A DNA stretch of 64,000 bases, taken from IMG/VR virus record IMGVR_UViG_3300043104_000334; one strand, written 5' to 3'. The notes beneath the pieces were generated by a model that did no database searches, had not been told where the DNA came from, and saw nothing but the letters and a program-made list of their open reading frames with translations. Numbering within the stretch: the first letter of the stretch is position 1; every line of letters starts with the position of its first letter. The translations under genes and the position numbers were made by a program. The stretch is from a virus (Duplodnaviria; Caudoviricetes). Below are positions 1 through 9,700 of this stretch, in pieces.

Positions 1-489
1 GCCAATAAGCTTGTTACACAAGGAATCCCAAACATCTACCTCATCCAAAAGTTTCACAAGCAACTCCGCTCCAAATACATACCGCTCCCGGTCAAACATA
101 GATGTACCAATATCTGCATTGGATACCATAGCTCCTACCTCATTATCATAAACAACATTTCCGTTTATGATTCCGGATATCATGTCTGAGCTTAATCCAA
201 GTACAGTTCTCCATACCGGTGCTCCCCTACCTGCTAAGAAAGGATTAAGGACTCTGCATGTGAGGTCAATATACCCGACCCTTGTATATTTATCCTCGTA
301 TATCTTATCATTGCAGTTAGGGTCATCAGAATGGTCTGCCTTTCCGAAGATTGAGGATGACACAACGTTGTGCTCATAATTATACGCTGTGTCAAGCCGC
401 ACCATAGGAGCCGACGTAATTGACTGTCGTTCACTAGGGGCCATTCGCTTCTTATCATCTTTGTTTATTGGTCTAACAGAAATACTCAT
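1..489 (-). CDS. RNA polymerase beta' (RpoC)-like subunit, N-terminal part; runs off the window start (not in ORF track)
   Basis: Manual translation from ATG at 489 is open to position 1: MSISVRPINKDDKKRMAPSERQSITSAPMVRLDTAYNYEHNVVSSSIFGK...TRVGYIDLTCRVLNPFL...GAELLVKLLDEVDV. This matches RpoC motifs LFCERIFGP, RMGHIELAAPV and GAEAIRELLKRIDL in order. Lies downstream of the beta-like gene. Confidence 0.75.
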   Translation of the reverse strand, partial: MSISVRPINKDDKKRMAPSERQSITSAPMVRLDTAYNYEHNVVSSSIFGKADHSDDPNCNDKIYEDKYTRVGYIDLTCRVLNPFLAGRGAPVWRTVLGLSSDMISGIINGNVVYDNEVGAMVSNADIGTSMFDRERYVFGAELLVKLLDEVDVWDSLCNKLIG

Positions 490-492
490 TGT

Positions 493-1338
493 TTATACCA
501 ATCCCTTCCCGTAATCATGTAAAATCATTTCGAGTGCATGCTCATTTATCTCAGTCTTGTACACAAGTCTTAAGCCGTCAAGTCCTGAAACCGGAACTGC
601 ACAAGTAAAGAACTTTGATAAATCATACACTGTTCTACATGGCATTATGTTGTCATACCCTTCATCAAACAATGCCTGCGTATCTGCATAATCCCAGTAC
701 CCAGTACCTTTCTTGATGAACATGAATGTCGTGGCTACACCTGCACCCTCTCGTTTTAAATCGCAAATCTTAACGTGTGGCAACAACATCTCTGGATAAC
801 TCGCTGGCTCAACATAAGAGTTCTGTGTATACCAAACAGTATCCGTTCCAAGATAGGGAACCCTATCAGAATCCGGTGGTCCCTCATAATCACACATAAG
901 ACTACCGATTTCTTCTTTTGGCAACTTGAGAGCATTTGCGTGCCTTGTGCTAGCACGCATTGATGGCGAACGACCATGTCCCTCATCGAATTCCTTATTG
1001 TTCACAACCTCTTCATCAACACCGTAGAAGCAACCTTTTTCAGGGTTGATTCCACCATTCTCCACAGGAATGATATTACTCATAAGCATACCAAGTTCAA
1101 TGAGTGACATCCCATAGATATCATTCTGTCTGAACAATGAATGCTGATGCACATCGTCCCATCCATGATAGAACCCTATCACCCTCCAGTGTGGAATATT
1201 GTAGTCAAGCAAATCAGTTGAGAATCTGTTATAAACGATCATCAACTCATCTTTACTCAGCTGCTTGCTAAACTGTACAATACCATTTGATACCGTGCAG
1301 CCGGCAAAGCATTCCCCAACTAAAGATATTTCATTCAT
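493..1338 (-). CDS. Putative divergent RNA polymerase alpha (RpoA) N-terminal-domain-like protein
   Basis: Probable start is ATG 1338 (GGAGG RBS, ATGA overlap with upstream stop). Segments YNRFSTDLL..IPHWRVIGF, EMLLPHVKICDL..FIKKGTGY, IMPCRTVY and DGLRLVYKT parallel RpoA GNALRRILL..LPGAAVTAV, EILNPDLHIATL..VEKGRGY, IPVDSIF and DKLTLEVWT. Confidence 0.5.
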   Translation of the reverse strand: MNEISLVGECFAGCTVSNGIVQFSKQLSKDELMIVYNRFSTDLLDYNIPHWRVIGFYHGWDDVHQHSLFRQNDIYGMSLIELGMLMSNIIPVENGGINPEKGCFYGVDEEVVNNKEFDEGHGRSPSMRASTRHANALKLPKEEIGSLMCDYEGPPDSDRVPYLGTDTVWYTQNSYVEPASYPEMLLPHVKICDLKREGAGVATTFMFIKKGTGYWDYADTQALFDEGYDNIMPCRTVYDLSKFFTCAVPVSGLDGLRLVYKTEINEHALEMILHDYGKGLV

Positions 1339-2018
1339 GAAATTCCTCCCGTAATAATGTACCCAATTGCAACCGCAGCAATAGCTACAGCCCAAGCAGC
1401 ATAGGTACAAGATTTATTCTTTGTACGAAGTGTCATAAATCTAATGTTTCTCTTCGTGATTGGAAATAAGACTGGACATCCCTCTACAGTAAGCATATCA
1501 GCAAACAGATGTGAGCAATACCCAACACACAACCCAAGCACACTATACTTCCATAAAGGGAAGTCTGATACACCAATTGCAAAGTAAAGCAATACTGGTA
1601 CTAATAATGTGTGCATTAAACCCCTGTGTCTTGTTGCCCACTGGAATGTTTTGCTATTATAAATAAACTTCTTTGCAACGGCAATTATAATAAATCCAAT
1701 AGCAATAAGCATAAGCTTATCTGCTTCAATACCATAGTTCTTGAATCCAAGCATTGTAACTATTGCAAGTATTCCTGCAATGAGTACACCGGCTAAGATA
1801 AGTAAATTCAATGTCTTTGTCGTAAGGTTTGTAATCACCTTACGCTTTCTACCAATCTTAGTCATATCGTGGTCAATATCAGGAAGCATACATCCAACTG
1901 CCGAAGCAGGCAGGATAAGCAACCCATAAGGGTCACCATATCCTTTTGACACGATACACGCACCTGCTATTCCAAATCCTATTCCAACTACTTTATGTTG
2001 TACACCTGTCATAGCCAT
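1335..2018 (-). CDS. YdjM-family membrane-bound metal-dependent hydrolase
   Basis: Motifs H..G, LPDIDH, HRGLMH, SHLFADMLT.EG.P.LFP; several TM helices. Confidence 0.85.
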   Translation of the reverse strand: MAMTGVQHKVVGIGFGIAGACIVSKGYGDPYGLLILPASAVGCMLPDIDHDMTKIGRKRKVITNLTTKTLNLLILAGVLIAGILAIVTMLGFKNYGIEADKLMLIAIGFIIIAVAKKFIYNSKTFQWATRHRGLMHTLLVPVLLYFAIGVSDFPLWKYSVLGLCVGYCSHLFADMLTVEGCPVLFPITKRNIRFMTLRTKNKSCTYAAWAVAIAAVAIGYIITGGIS

Positions 2019-2079
2019 ACCTTTCTAGAACTACAACGTTCCACGTTATTTTGCATGAGACAGATAGTACCTCATACAA

Positions 2080-5000
2080 TTATTTCTGAAAACTTCCAAG
2101 GATTAGATTTGTTGCATTTTCAAACTCGTCATCTTCTTGACTTGCAACTGTGTCCTCGACAGCTTCAGAAGTATTACTCTTCACAGAGTTCTGCTTTTTG
2201 TTCGTATTCTTCTTGTACTGAACACTTGCCTGCTGAATAACACTAGGCTTCCAGTGCGCAAGCTGAGCACCATTATCCTTGTCAAGTGGAATGAACTCAC
2301 CATCATTAGGTTCACACATTACACCAAGTGCAAGGAAAGAATACAGAAACTGCGTAACTGCACGCCGCTGTCCGGGTGAGTCAATATGGTACTGCTTCCT
2401 GAGTTCGCCCGGGAAATATGTATCAATGTTGAAGTTATCTCTGGCAATGGCGTTATCACATCTTTCGTTTGTCAATTCATGTATATATGCAGATGCGCCA
2501 TAAGCACATAGCGCGTCAATCTCCATTGTACCAAATCTCTGTCCACCACCATTTGATGAACCGTGTGTAGGCGCATCTGTCATCTCACCATAAGGTTCCC
2601 AAATGTTCTGTCCGCCTCTTGCATGAATCTTCTTATGAGACTCCTGTATAAGCTTGAACACATGCAGATAAGCAACCACGATTTCTGTCTCAGTCATGTT
2701 TCCATCGTTATCCGGTAACATAACTTTTGTTGTGCCACGCTCATTGAAACATCCTGCATAAATACGAATGTCGTTGATAACCTCAACTAGATGTTGCTTG
2801 AAAGACTCAACGTGCTTTATGTGACTTTCATTAAGCAAATCACCATGTCTCAAGAATACAGCATTTAGGTCACCGGTAGAATTCATAAGGTCAACAGTAA
2901 GGGACATCAACATAGCAATCTCTTCCTCTGAAATACAGTTGTACGCATCTGATGAAAGTTTAAACTTGCACACATGAGAAAACAGCCCTGTATGAGATTC
3001 CTTTATCTGGCCAACATTCATACGTGAACCTACACCAAGTGGATTAAGACAAATATCCAATGGAAAACCATTTGCAAGACGTGGCATGTTAGATGTCTTT
3101 TCTTTCTTACTAAGAACACCTTTGTTACCATGTCGGTTAGACATCTTGTCACCACCACTAAACGGGTCGATAGAGACCGTATTCAGTGTCAAGCCATAAT
3201 TACCTGCTCTGTGTTCTGACTTGATAGAATCATATTTTTCATAGAATCCATAAGCCTTAGAAAGCGGAATATCTTTCTTCTTACTCTCCATGAATCGCCT
3301 ATCAGAGTAAGCAACACTAATTGAGCTACTAAGTTCCGGAGACATCCATCTACCGTTGTTTGATTTGCTCATACGGTAAGACCGAGTAGAGTTTGGGTTA
3401 CTTGTAAAGTCTTCCTTGTTGATTCTATAGGATGCAAGTCTGTTACACATTGATTCTGAAATATGCGCACCATCCTCATAATTGTAACCATCACAGATGT
3501 AACCAACAAGCGCATTACATCCAAGAGTTAAGATACCATTCTCAGAGATAAAATTTGAAGATACGAGCATCTGACCCTTATGGAATCTCTGCCCTACTTC
3601 AACGAGCACTTTCATCTTTGTTACAGAATAACCGCTATCAAAGTATTCATCAAACTGATAAATGGTACCATCAGAAATATCCTGTGAATCATACCGAACC
3701 GCAAGATGATACTTCTCTTCACGCCAGTTATATTCACATGTAACAACTGTACCGCTATCTTTTGCAATAATTCCAAACTTGTCGTTAAGCCATGCAAACT
3801 GCTCATAAGCACTCGTGATAACATCTGGTTCTTCTGCAAATACCAATCCCTTAGCCTGCTTCTCCTGTGCAACAGCAAAGATAGCACGCGCCGCATCATT
3901 ACTACTCATATACGGAATCGTGGATGACGCATAACTAAGCGACTGACTAGCATTGACATTGACGAAATCAACTTGACTGATAGGTCTGTATGCAAACGTA
4001 GATTTCTCGACAGAGTTTCTGGTGGGTACACGACACTGAACAATCTTAGTGTTATCCTTTACAACGTAATCACTGCCAAACTCAAGCGAGCAGATATCCG
4101 CAATTACATACCGCTCTTCATCCCGGCTAGTAAGAGGAATCTTCTTGTCAGTCTTAATAACTGACTGATTGCCAAGATGCTGTACTCTGTAATACAACGT
4201 AGACATCTTACCATCTGTAGAGATAACAGAGTCACAGCAGGAATTGTAAACTGTACCCATCTTCTGTGACTGCGGAATTTCATAAGCATCAATCTTCGCA
4301 TAAGAACCGATTGCAATTTCACGCTGAGAATCCGCAATGGAATGCTTGTTCGCCGTATAGACATTCACTTTTGTGCAAGCAGACTGATATGCAATAGGAT
4401 TATGGAGATTATCACCCTGCAACCGAACAATACATTTTGCTTCATCCCTAAGGTACTTCCAGAAGTTCTTTGTAAACGGATAGAATTCATTGTCGATTAA
4501 ATCGCGGTCAAGGAAATTCTGTCTCTTACCTTTATAGATTTCCTTGAACTTCCTATTCATTTGTTTGAATCCCTCACGGACTGCATAGCAGAATGCACGA
4601 TGGTACTGTTCCTCAATAGGAATTAAAACCTTTCTGAAACCTGCATCTGCATTTACAATTCGATCAATCCATTTGCCCTCAAACAACTTCACACAGAATG
4701 ATTGAAGTGCCATAAAGTCATACGTAGTGTAAGCACCATTAGCCGGTACAAAATCCTTGTCACAATTAAGGTAATACCAGTCACCATGTGGCTTACCAAT
4801 GTCTTTACCCCGGAACTGTCTGTTAGAGATAATCTCTTCGTAGAAGTTAAGAACTCTTACCTTTCCGCCGGACCTCTTGTCGCTCACCTTAATGGATTCC
4901 TTTCCATAAGCAACAATGACATCAAGCATATCGCTTGTAAGCTGTGTGCCTGATTCATAGATAATTGGTACCGGAAGTTTATCGTAGAACTTGGATGTAT

Positions 5001-6117
5001 ACATTCCATGCTCTTCCGGGAAATACTTTCGCAGCGACTTGGAAATTCTAAGACCTACAGGCGCAAACGGAATAAAGATATCTTCCGCCAGATAGAAACC
5101 CTCGATGTTTGGCACATACTTGATATAGAGTTTATAGACTCCATCGGCATTAAACAACCGAATCATATTACTGTCAACTACTTCACCAGCATGCGCAAGG
5201 ATTCTACCGTTTACAAGTTCCGACTCAACATCTCTTGCAAGTACCTCTCCAACAGCACGGTCAAGTGACAACAACTCATTCAAATCATCCCGAATAGCCG
5301 TATTGTCATAAGAGTCATCACCCTCACCATTCTCTTTGATACGCGTAAGAGTAAGCCTGGGAACGAGTTGTTTCTTGTAGTCGATACCATTTACGCTAGC
5401 AGAGTTAGCAACAATTCCACCAAGTCTCTGCTCTTTCTCTTCTTCATCCTTAAACATGTTAACAATGAAGAAGTTAGCAAACTCTTTAAAGAGTTCTTCT
5501 GGCTCATAGCCCTCATCCTTTGCCATTGCCACGATAAGGTCAAGCAACGTGTACTTAGTCTTAGACGACTTTCCACTCCGGTCAGACATCCGAATTTTTA
5601 ATGCGCTTGCATTATCATCAATCCAGATAGACCGAGTACCATTCTTAATCTTAAGACAAGCCGCCTTTGCAGTATTGTCATTTGCTTCGAACGATACCGT
5701 AGGCTCCTGCTCAAGCATATGTATGAATGCATACTGCTGGTTATCATACTCGATAATACCGTTCTCATAGACATGAGGAAGATTCATAACAGTGACGTCC
5801 TGAGCCTTATCAGGATTGAATCCCGGAATGTCAAACCTTACTGTAACATGATGTGTAAGGTCATTGTACTTTCCCGGGTCTACCTGTTTCACCTTGATTC
5901 TTTCAGCACTCGTTTTGAGCATATCAGGATTGCACTTAATAGCATTGATGAGAGCCGGCATGAACACGTTGAGTACATCCTCAACGGCCCGCTTATCCGT
6001 ATACTTCTTAAATGACTCGTAGACGGGACTTGGCTTCATGTCCGGTATAAGACTAGGTCTTGCAAGTTCATTCTGGTACGCGTATAATATATTTTTATTC
6101 TTGTCATAATCCAGCAT
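2080..6117 (-). CDS. Divergent DNA-directed RNA polymerase beta (RpoB)-like subunit
   Basis: PYMSSNDAARA..AQEKQA, GYNYEDG, GDKMSNRHGNKGV, DICLNPLGVGSRMNVGQIKE and GGQRFGTMEIDALCAYGA appear in canonical RpoB order; 1345 aa. Confidence 0.95.
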   Translation of the reverse strand: MLDYDKNKNILYAYQNELARPSLIPDMKPSPVYESFKKYTDKRAVEDVLNVFMPALINAIKCNPDMLKTSAERIKVKQVDPGKYNDLTHHVTVRFDIPGFNPDKAQDVTVMNLPHVYENGIIEYDNQQYAFIHMLEQEPTVSFEANDNTAKAACLKIKNGTRSIWIDDNASALKIRMSDRSGKSSKTKYTLLDLIVAMAKDEGYEPEELFKEFANFFIVNMFKDEEEKEQRLGGIVANSASVNGIDYKKQLVPRLTLTRIKENGEGDDSYDNTAIRDDLNELLSLDRAVGEVLARDVESELVNGRILAHAGEVVDSNMIRLFNADGVYKLYIKYVPNIEGFYLAEDIFIPFAPVGLRISKSLRKYFPEEHGMYTSKFYDKLPVPIIYESGTQLTSDMLDVIVAYGKESIKVSDKRSGGKVRVLNFYEEIISNRQFRGKDIGKPHGDWYYLNCDKDFVPANGAYTTYDFMALQSFCVKLFEGKWIDRIVNADAGFRKVLIPIEEQYHRAFCYAVREGFKQMNRKFKEIYKGKRQNFLDRDLIDNEFYPFTKNFWKYLRDEAKCIVRLQGDNLHNPIAYQSACTKVNVYTANKHSIADSQREIAIGSYAKIDAYEIPQSQKMGTVYNSCCDSVISTDGKMSTLYYRVQHLGNQSVIKTDKKIPLTSRDEERYVIADICSLEFGSDYVVKDNTKIVQCRVPTRNSVEKSTFAYRPISQVDFVNVNASQSLSYASSTIPYMSSNDAARAIFAVAQEKQAKGLVFAEEPDVITSAYEQFAWLNDKFGIIAKDSGTVVTCEYNWREEKYHLAVRYDSQDISDGTIYQFDEYFDSGYSVTKMKVLVEVGQRFHKGQMLVSSNFISENGILTLGCNALVGYICDGYNYEDGAHISESMCNRLASYRINKEDFTSNPNSTRSYRMSKSNNGRWMSPELSSSISVAYSDRRFMESKKKDIPLSKAYGFYEKYDSIKSEHRAGNYGLTLNTVSIDPFSGGDKMSNRHGNKGVLSKKEKTSNMPRLANGFPLDICLNPLGVGSRMNVGQIKESHTGLFSHVCKFKLSSDAYNCISEEEIAMLMSLTVDLMNSTGDLNAVFLRHGDLLNESHIKHVESFKQHLVEVINDIRIYAGCFNERGTTKVMLPDNDGNMTETEIVVAYLHVFKLIQESHKKIHARGGQNIWEPYGEMTDAPTHGSSNGGGQRFGTMEIDALCAYGASAYIHELTNERCDNAIARDNFNIDTYFPGELRKQYHIDSPGQRRAVTQFLYSFLALGVMCEPNDGEFIPLDKDNGAQLAHWKPSVIQQASVQYKKNTNKKQNSVKSNTSEAVEDTVASQEDDEFENATNLILGSFQK

Positions 6118-6129
6118 AACACTGCTCCT

Positions 6130-6552
6130 TTATACTAAGTTGAATTTGCGAAGTAAGTCTTCGTCAAGCTCCTCCATTTCATCAGCATCATACTCACCCA
6201 TGTTTGTCACTTCTGCAGGCAGTGAAACCGGAACGTTATCACCCTCACAAAGAGGTATAGCAGTGATATCACCAAGGTCATCAACAACCAAGATGATTTT
6301 CTGACCTGCACACACTACCGGCAAAGCAACCTCCCAGTCATCTCCACACTCTGAGATAATGGTCGAGAAATCTTTCTCCGTATTCATGAAGTTACTGAAA
6401 TCTTCAATACCAGAAATCTCAATAACCTTGAGTCCGCCGTAAGCCGTAAAGGCAACCTGTACAAAGTCACCACTAGCCTTTGCGAAGATGCTTTCATCGT
6501 CCTCACCCATGTTCGCAAACCCTACTACCTGTGTCCATTCATTTCTTAGCAT
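6130..6552 (-). CDS. Acidic hypothetical protein, first gene of the RNAP cluster
   Basis: 140-aa ORF with AAGGAGG RBS, downstream of a promoter-motif copy. Confidence 0.75.
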   Translation of the reverse strand: MLRNEWTQVVGFANMGEDDESIFAKASGDFVQVAFTAYGGLKVIEISGIEDFSNFMNTEKDFSTIISECGDDWEVALPVVCAGQKIILVVDDLGDITAIPLCEGDNVPVSLPAEVTNMGEYDADEMEELDEDLLRKFNLV

Positions 6553-6612
6553 AATAATAATGCCCTCCTTATTATTGTTTCTGGAAAGAATAGTTCTATA
6601 ACTCTTCTTTCA

Positions 6613-6645
6613 ATTATATATGTGCTCAGTCAAGTTTCTTCTTCA
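6613..6645 (-). promoter_or_regulatory. Putative promoter TGAA-N19-CATATATAAT upstream of the RNAP cluster
   Basis: Copy 1 of 5 of the bipartite motif; overlapped by a 19-bp imperfect inverted repeat (6621-6639 / 6645-6663). Confidence 0.65.
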
Positions 6646-6666
6646 GAAAATTAACTGAGCACACTA

Positions 6667-6699
6667 TATTTTACAGGAGGAAAACCCTCCTGTAAAATA
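6667..6699 (-). terminator. Hairpin terminator after the giant adhesin gene
   Basis: Perfect 14-bp stem TATTTTACAGGAGG / CCTCCTGTAAAATA, about 10 nt after the stop codon. Confidence 0.7.
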
Positions 6700-6708
6700 G
6701 TTGCTTAA

Positions 6709-9700
6709 TTAGTGTGTACCAGTTGTTGTCAAATCAGTCGTACTCGTATTGTATGCGTCATATACAACAAGAGGTGCCCATTTTGAGTCAATTTTGGTTA
6801 CTACTGTTCCGGTGGAAGAATATACATCAACTCCATTCTCACCTACTGTAATTGTATTGTTGTTACAATTATCTGGCTTATTGTCATTGCTGTAAAGCGT
6901 AATCTTATTATCTTTTCCACCATTCATCAGTCTCGCATCATATTCCAATTCATAGACACTACCCTGAACTGTAATACCAGCAAATGCAACAATAACCGAA
7001 TTCGGATGATCATTCTTAAGTTTTTGATTAGCTGTTAAGACTTCAGTCTTGGAAGTTGCTGCCCCTGCATATGTAGCAATTGTTGAGCTAGGTAAATTCA
7101 ATGTGAAATACCAACGCTGAGATTGCTTCATGAAATTAAGAGCTGTTACACCATTTCCTGTAGACCCACTCATTGCAGTACCGCCGAGCTGATTTGTACC
7201 AGTCCCTTCGGATGCATCTCCATAAAGATAAGATGAACCAATGTAGTCCAAATCATTACAATCAAGAACGATCTTTGATGCAGTACCGATATAATCATAT
7301 TTCTTATATGCAGCTTTATTTATGCCCCAATAAGATAATACAGTATCAGTATAACTCTCTTCAGTCGATGTTGTATTACGACGAGCCGCTTCAGTAGTAA
7401 GGTCAATAGAAAGACCTGTCTCAGTAAGCTTCTTCACATTAGCAGCACTGGTGTCACTATAATATAAAGTGTATGAACCAGAGCTACCAGCATAGAGGTC
7501 AATCGCATAAAACTTACCCTCACTGTAATCATATAGATAATAATGAGGAGTAATTGTCATAACGGCCGTTCTCGTATCTTCACCACTATTCTCATCCGCA
7601 ACTGATGACGGACCATCATCTCCACCAAATGAACCACCCTCAAGTGTATTGATACCATAATAATTACCAATAGTCTCAATATCAAAATAGGATGCATATC
7701 CAATCTTCAACTGTTCTGTTGAATAGGTAGAGTTACTCTGCAGAGAAGCTGCTGTCAATGGTAATGTACCCCACTCGCCTGCCTTACCTAATCCAGTTAT
7801 ACTACCATACCGATAATTGGTTACAGACAATGTAGCGTGTGATTGTGTCTGGGCCGTATGTCCTCTACTTGATAACATAATATCTGCAGTCGTAGTAAGA
7901 ATCTTTACTGGGTAACTCGAATCGACATTATGAACAACATTAGGAATAGACCATGAAGTTAGTGCTTTCTTAAATAATTCTGAATATCTAAAATCACCAA
8001 CATCTTCAAGAGCAAGATTTCCAATACGCCCAACAACCTCAATTGTAGTTGAACAATAAGTTGTATTATCTGCTACAAGGTTATAATCTCTTGTAATGTT
8101 TCTATTCTGATATTGATCAAAGTCGATATTCGAGCCAGCATTAATAGCTATCGTAGCAAATGTTACTGTTGCCGTAGTTGTTTCTTCAGCTGATGTAACA
8201 ACTTGGAATGAGTAATCAAGACCGTACTTAAATTCCGAATCACTTGACAGTGCATTTTGTAGAGCATCTGTCGCTCCATGGAATACACCTGAAGCTGCGT
8301 TAGTTAAACTACCATCTGAAGCTTTAGAAACAGAACCAGTATTGTTCTCAAGTGTATTACATCTATACTCAGAAAGATTTATCCAAGTATTTGCAGGTAT
8401 GGTGACAGTATCACCATTGACCTTTGTACCAATAACCGGGAATGTAAACATAACATCACGTTCTGCAACCCATCTGCCAGTATTCATATTGTTAGTATAA
8501 CCCTTAGCATTTGAGTTGATTTTTCCGGTATTAGAGTCAGCACCATTATAAGTGCATCCAACACCTAGAGATGCTGTAGCTACGCCGGCAATAGAGTCAC
8601 CATACGCATCATAGAAGTCACCGAAATCAGTTATCCATAAATGGACTGTATTTCCTATGACAACGTAGTTATTTTTGTTTGCTTCAGCAACGCCCTGCGT
8701 ACTTACTCGCATATCCTCGCCAGTCTCATCCTCAGCAGGACCGTTTCCATCATAGTCTCCGTATCCATTTCCAATTAACTGAGAATACTGAGAAGATACT
8801 GGGTCATGAATAAGAACATCGTTAAGAACACCATTATCAGAATCTGGTGAAAGCTTTGCTACATACTCAGTTTTTCTATCAGCCGTAATCTTTGGAGCAC
8901 TTACCTGTTCACTATCAACACACTGCTGACACAATGATTGATTACTGAAATCAAGTGCAAGATTATAATAAACATTCACACCGATAGGTGAAGTGTAAAC
9001 ACCATTTTTCGCAGTCTGAATCATTGAAATGTTACTAATTACTAATGCAGTACAATAATTAATTGTTGAACCATCACTAGTGTTTGTGTAACCTGAAACA
9101 TTTCCTGCTCCATTGTTGCTGACATTGGATCCACTACTTATGAGACTACCATTCAAGTATCTATTTACAGTAAAGCTTCCAATATTCGGATATGCAAATG
9201 TTGTATAATAACCATTGAATGTTTGTGTCTGTGCCGTTCCCTCACTCTTCGACACAAAATTTGTTCGTCCCGGTACTGTACTTGTTATTGGTACTGTTCT
9301 ACTATAACACGTTGCTACTATTATGTTGCTATTCTGTGACCATTTTTCACCATTTGTTACATATCCAGATAAGGTAGCCTTTGATAAAGAATCAATAAAT
9401 GATTCTCCTCTAATGATACCGTCAGATGAATATTTTACAGATGGATTAGAAGATACATGTCCAGTATAACCAACGTATAATGTTTTTGCATCGTTAAGAT
9501 TACCAACGTCATCATACTTATCCCAAAATACATTAGTGTTTAGTGTATTCTGCAATTCTTCTGCAGTACCGTATTTATTTGCATGATTGCGGTAATAAGT
9601 CTGTCCGTTCTCAGTAAATCCAAAATTAAACAGATTTATACCACTGTCGATAGCATAAGACTCAGCAAGAATATTCTGAGAACCAACGTTCGCAACACTA

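Noticed and set aside
2080-6117. Host chromosomal rpoB
   Set aside because: Too divergent, no ribosomal protein neighbours, mobile-element context; gene symbol withheld
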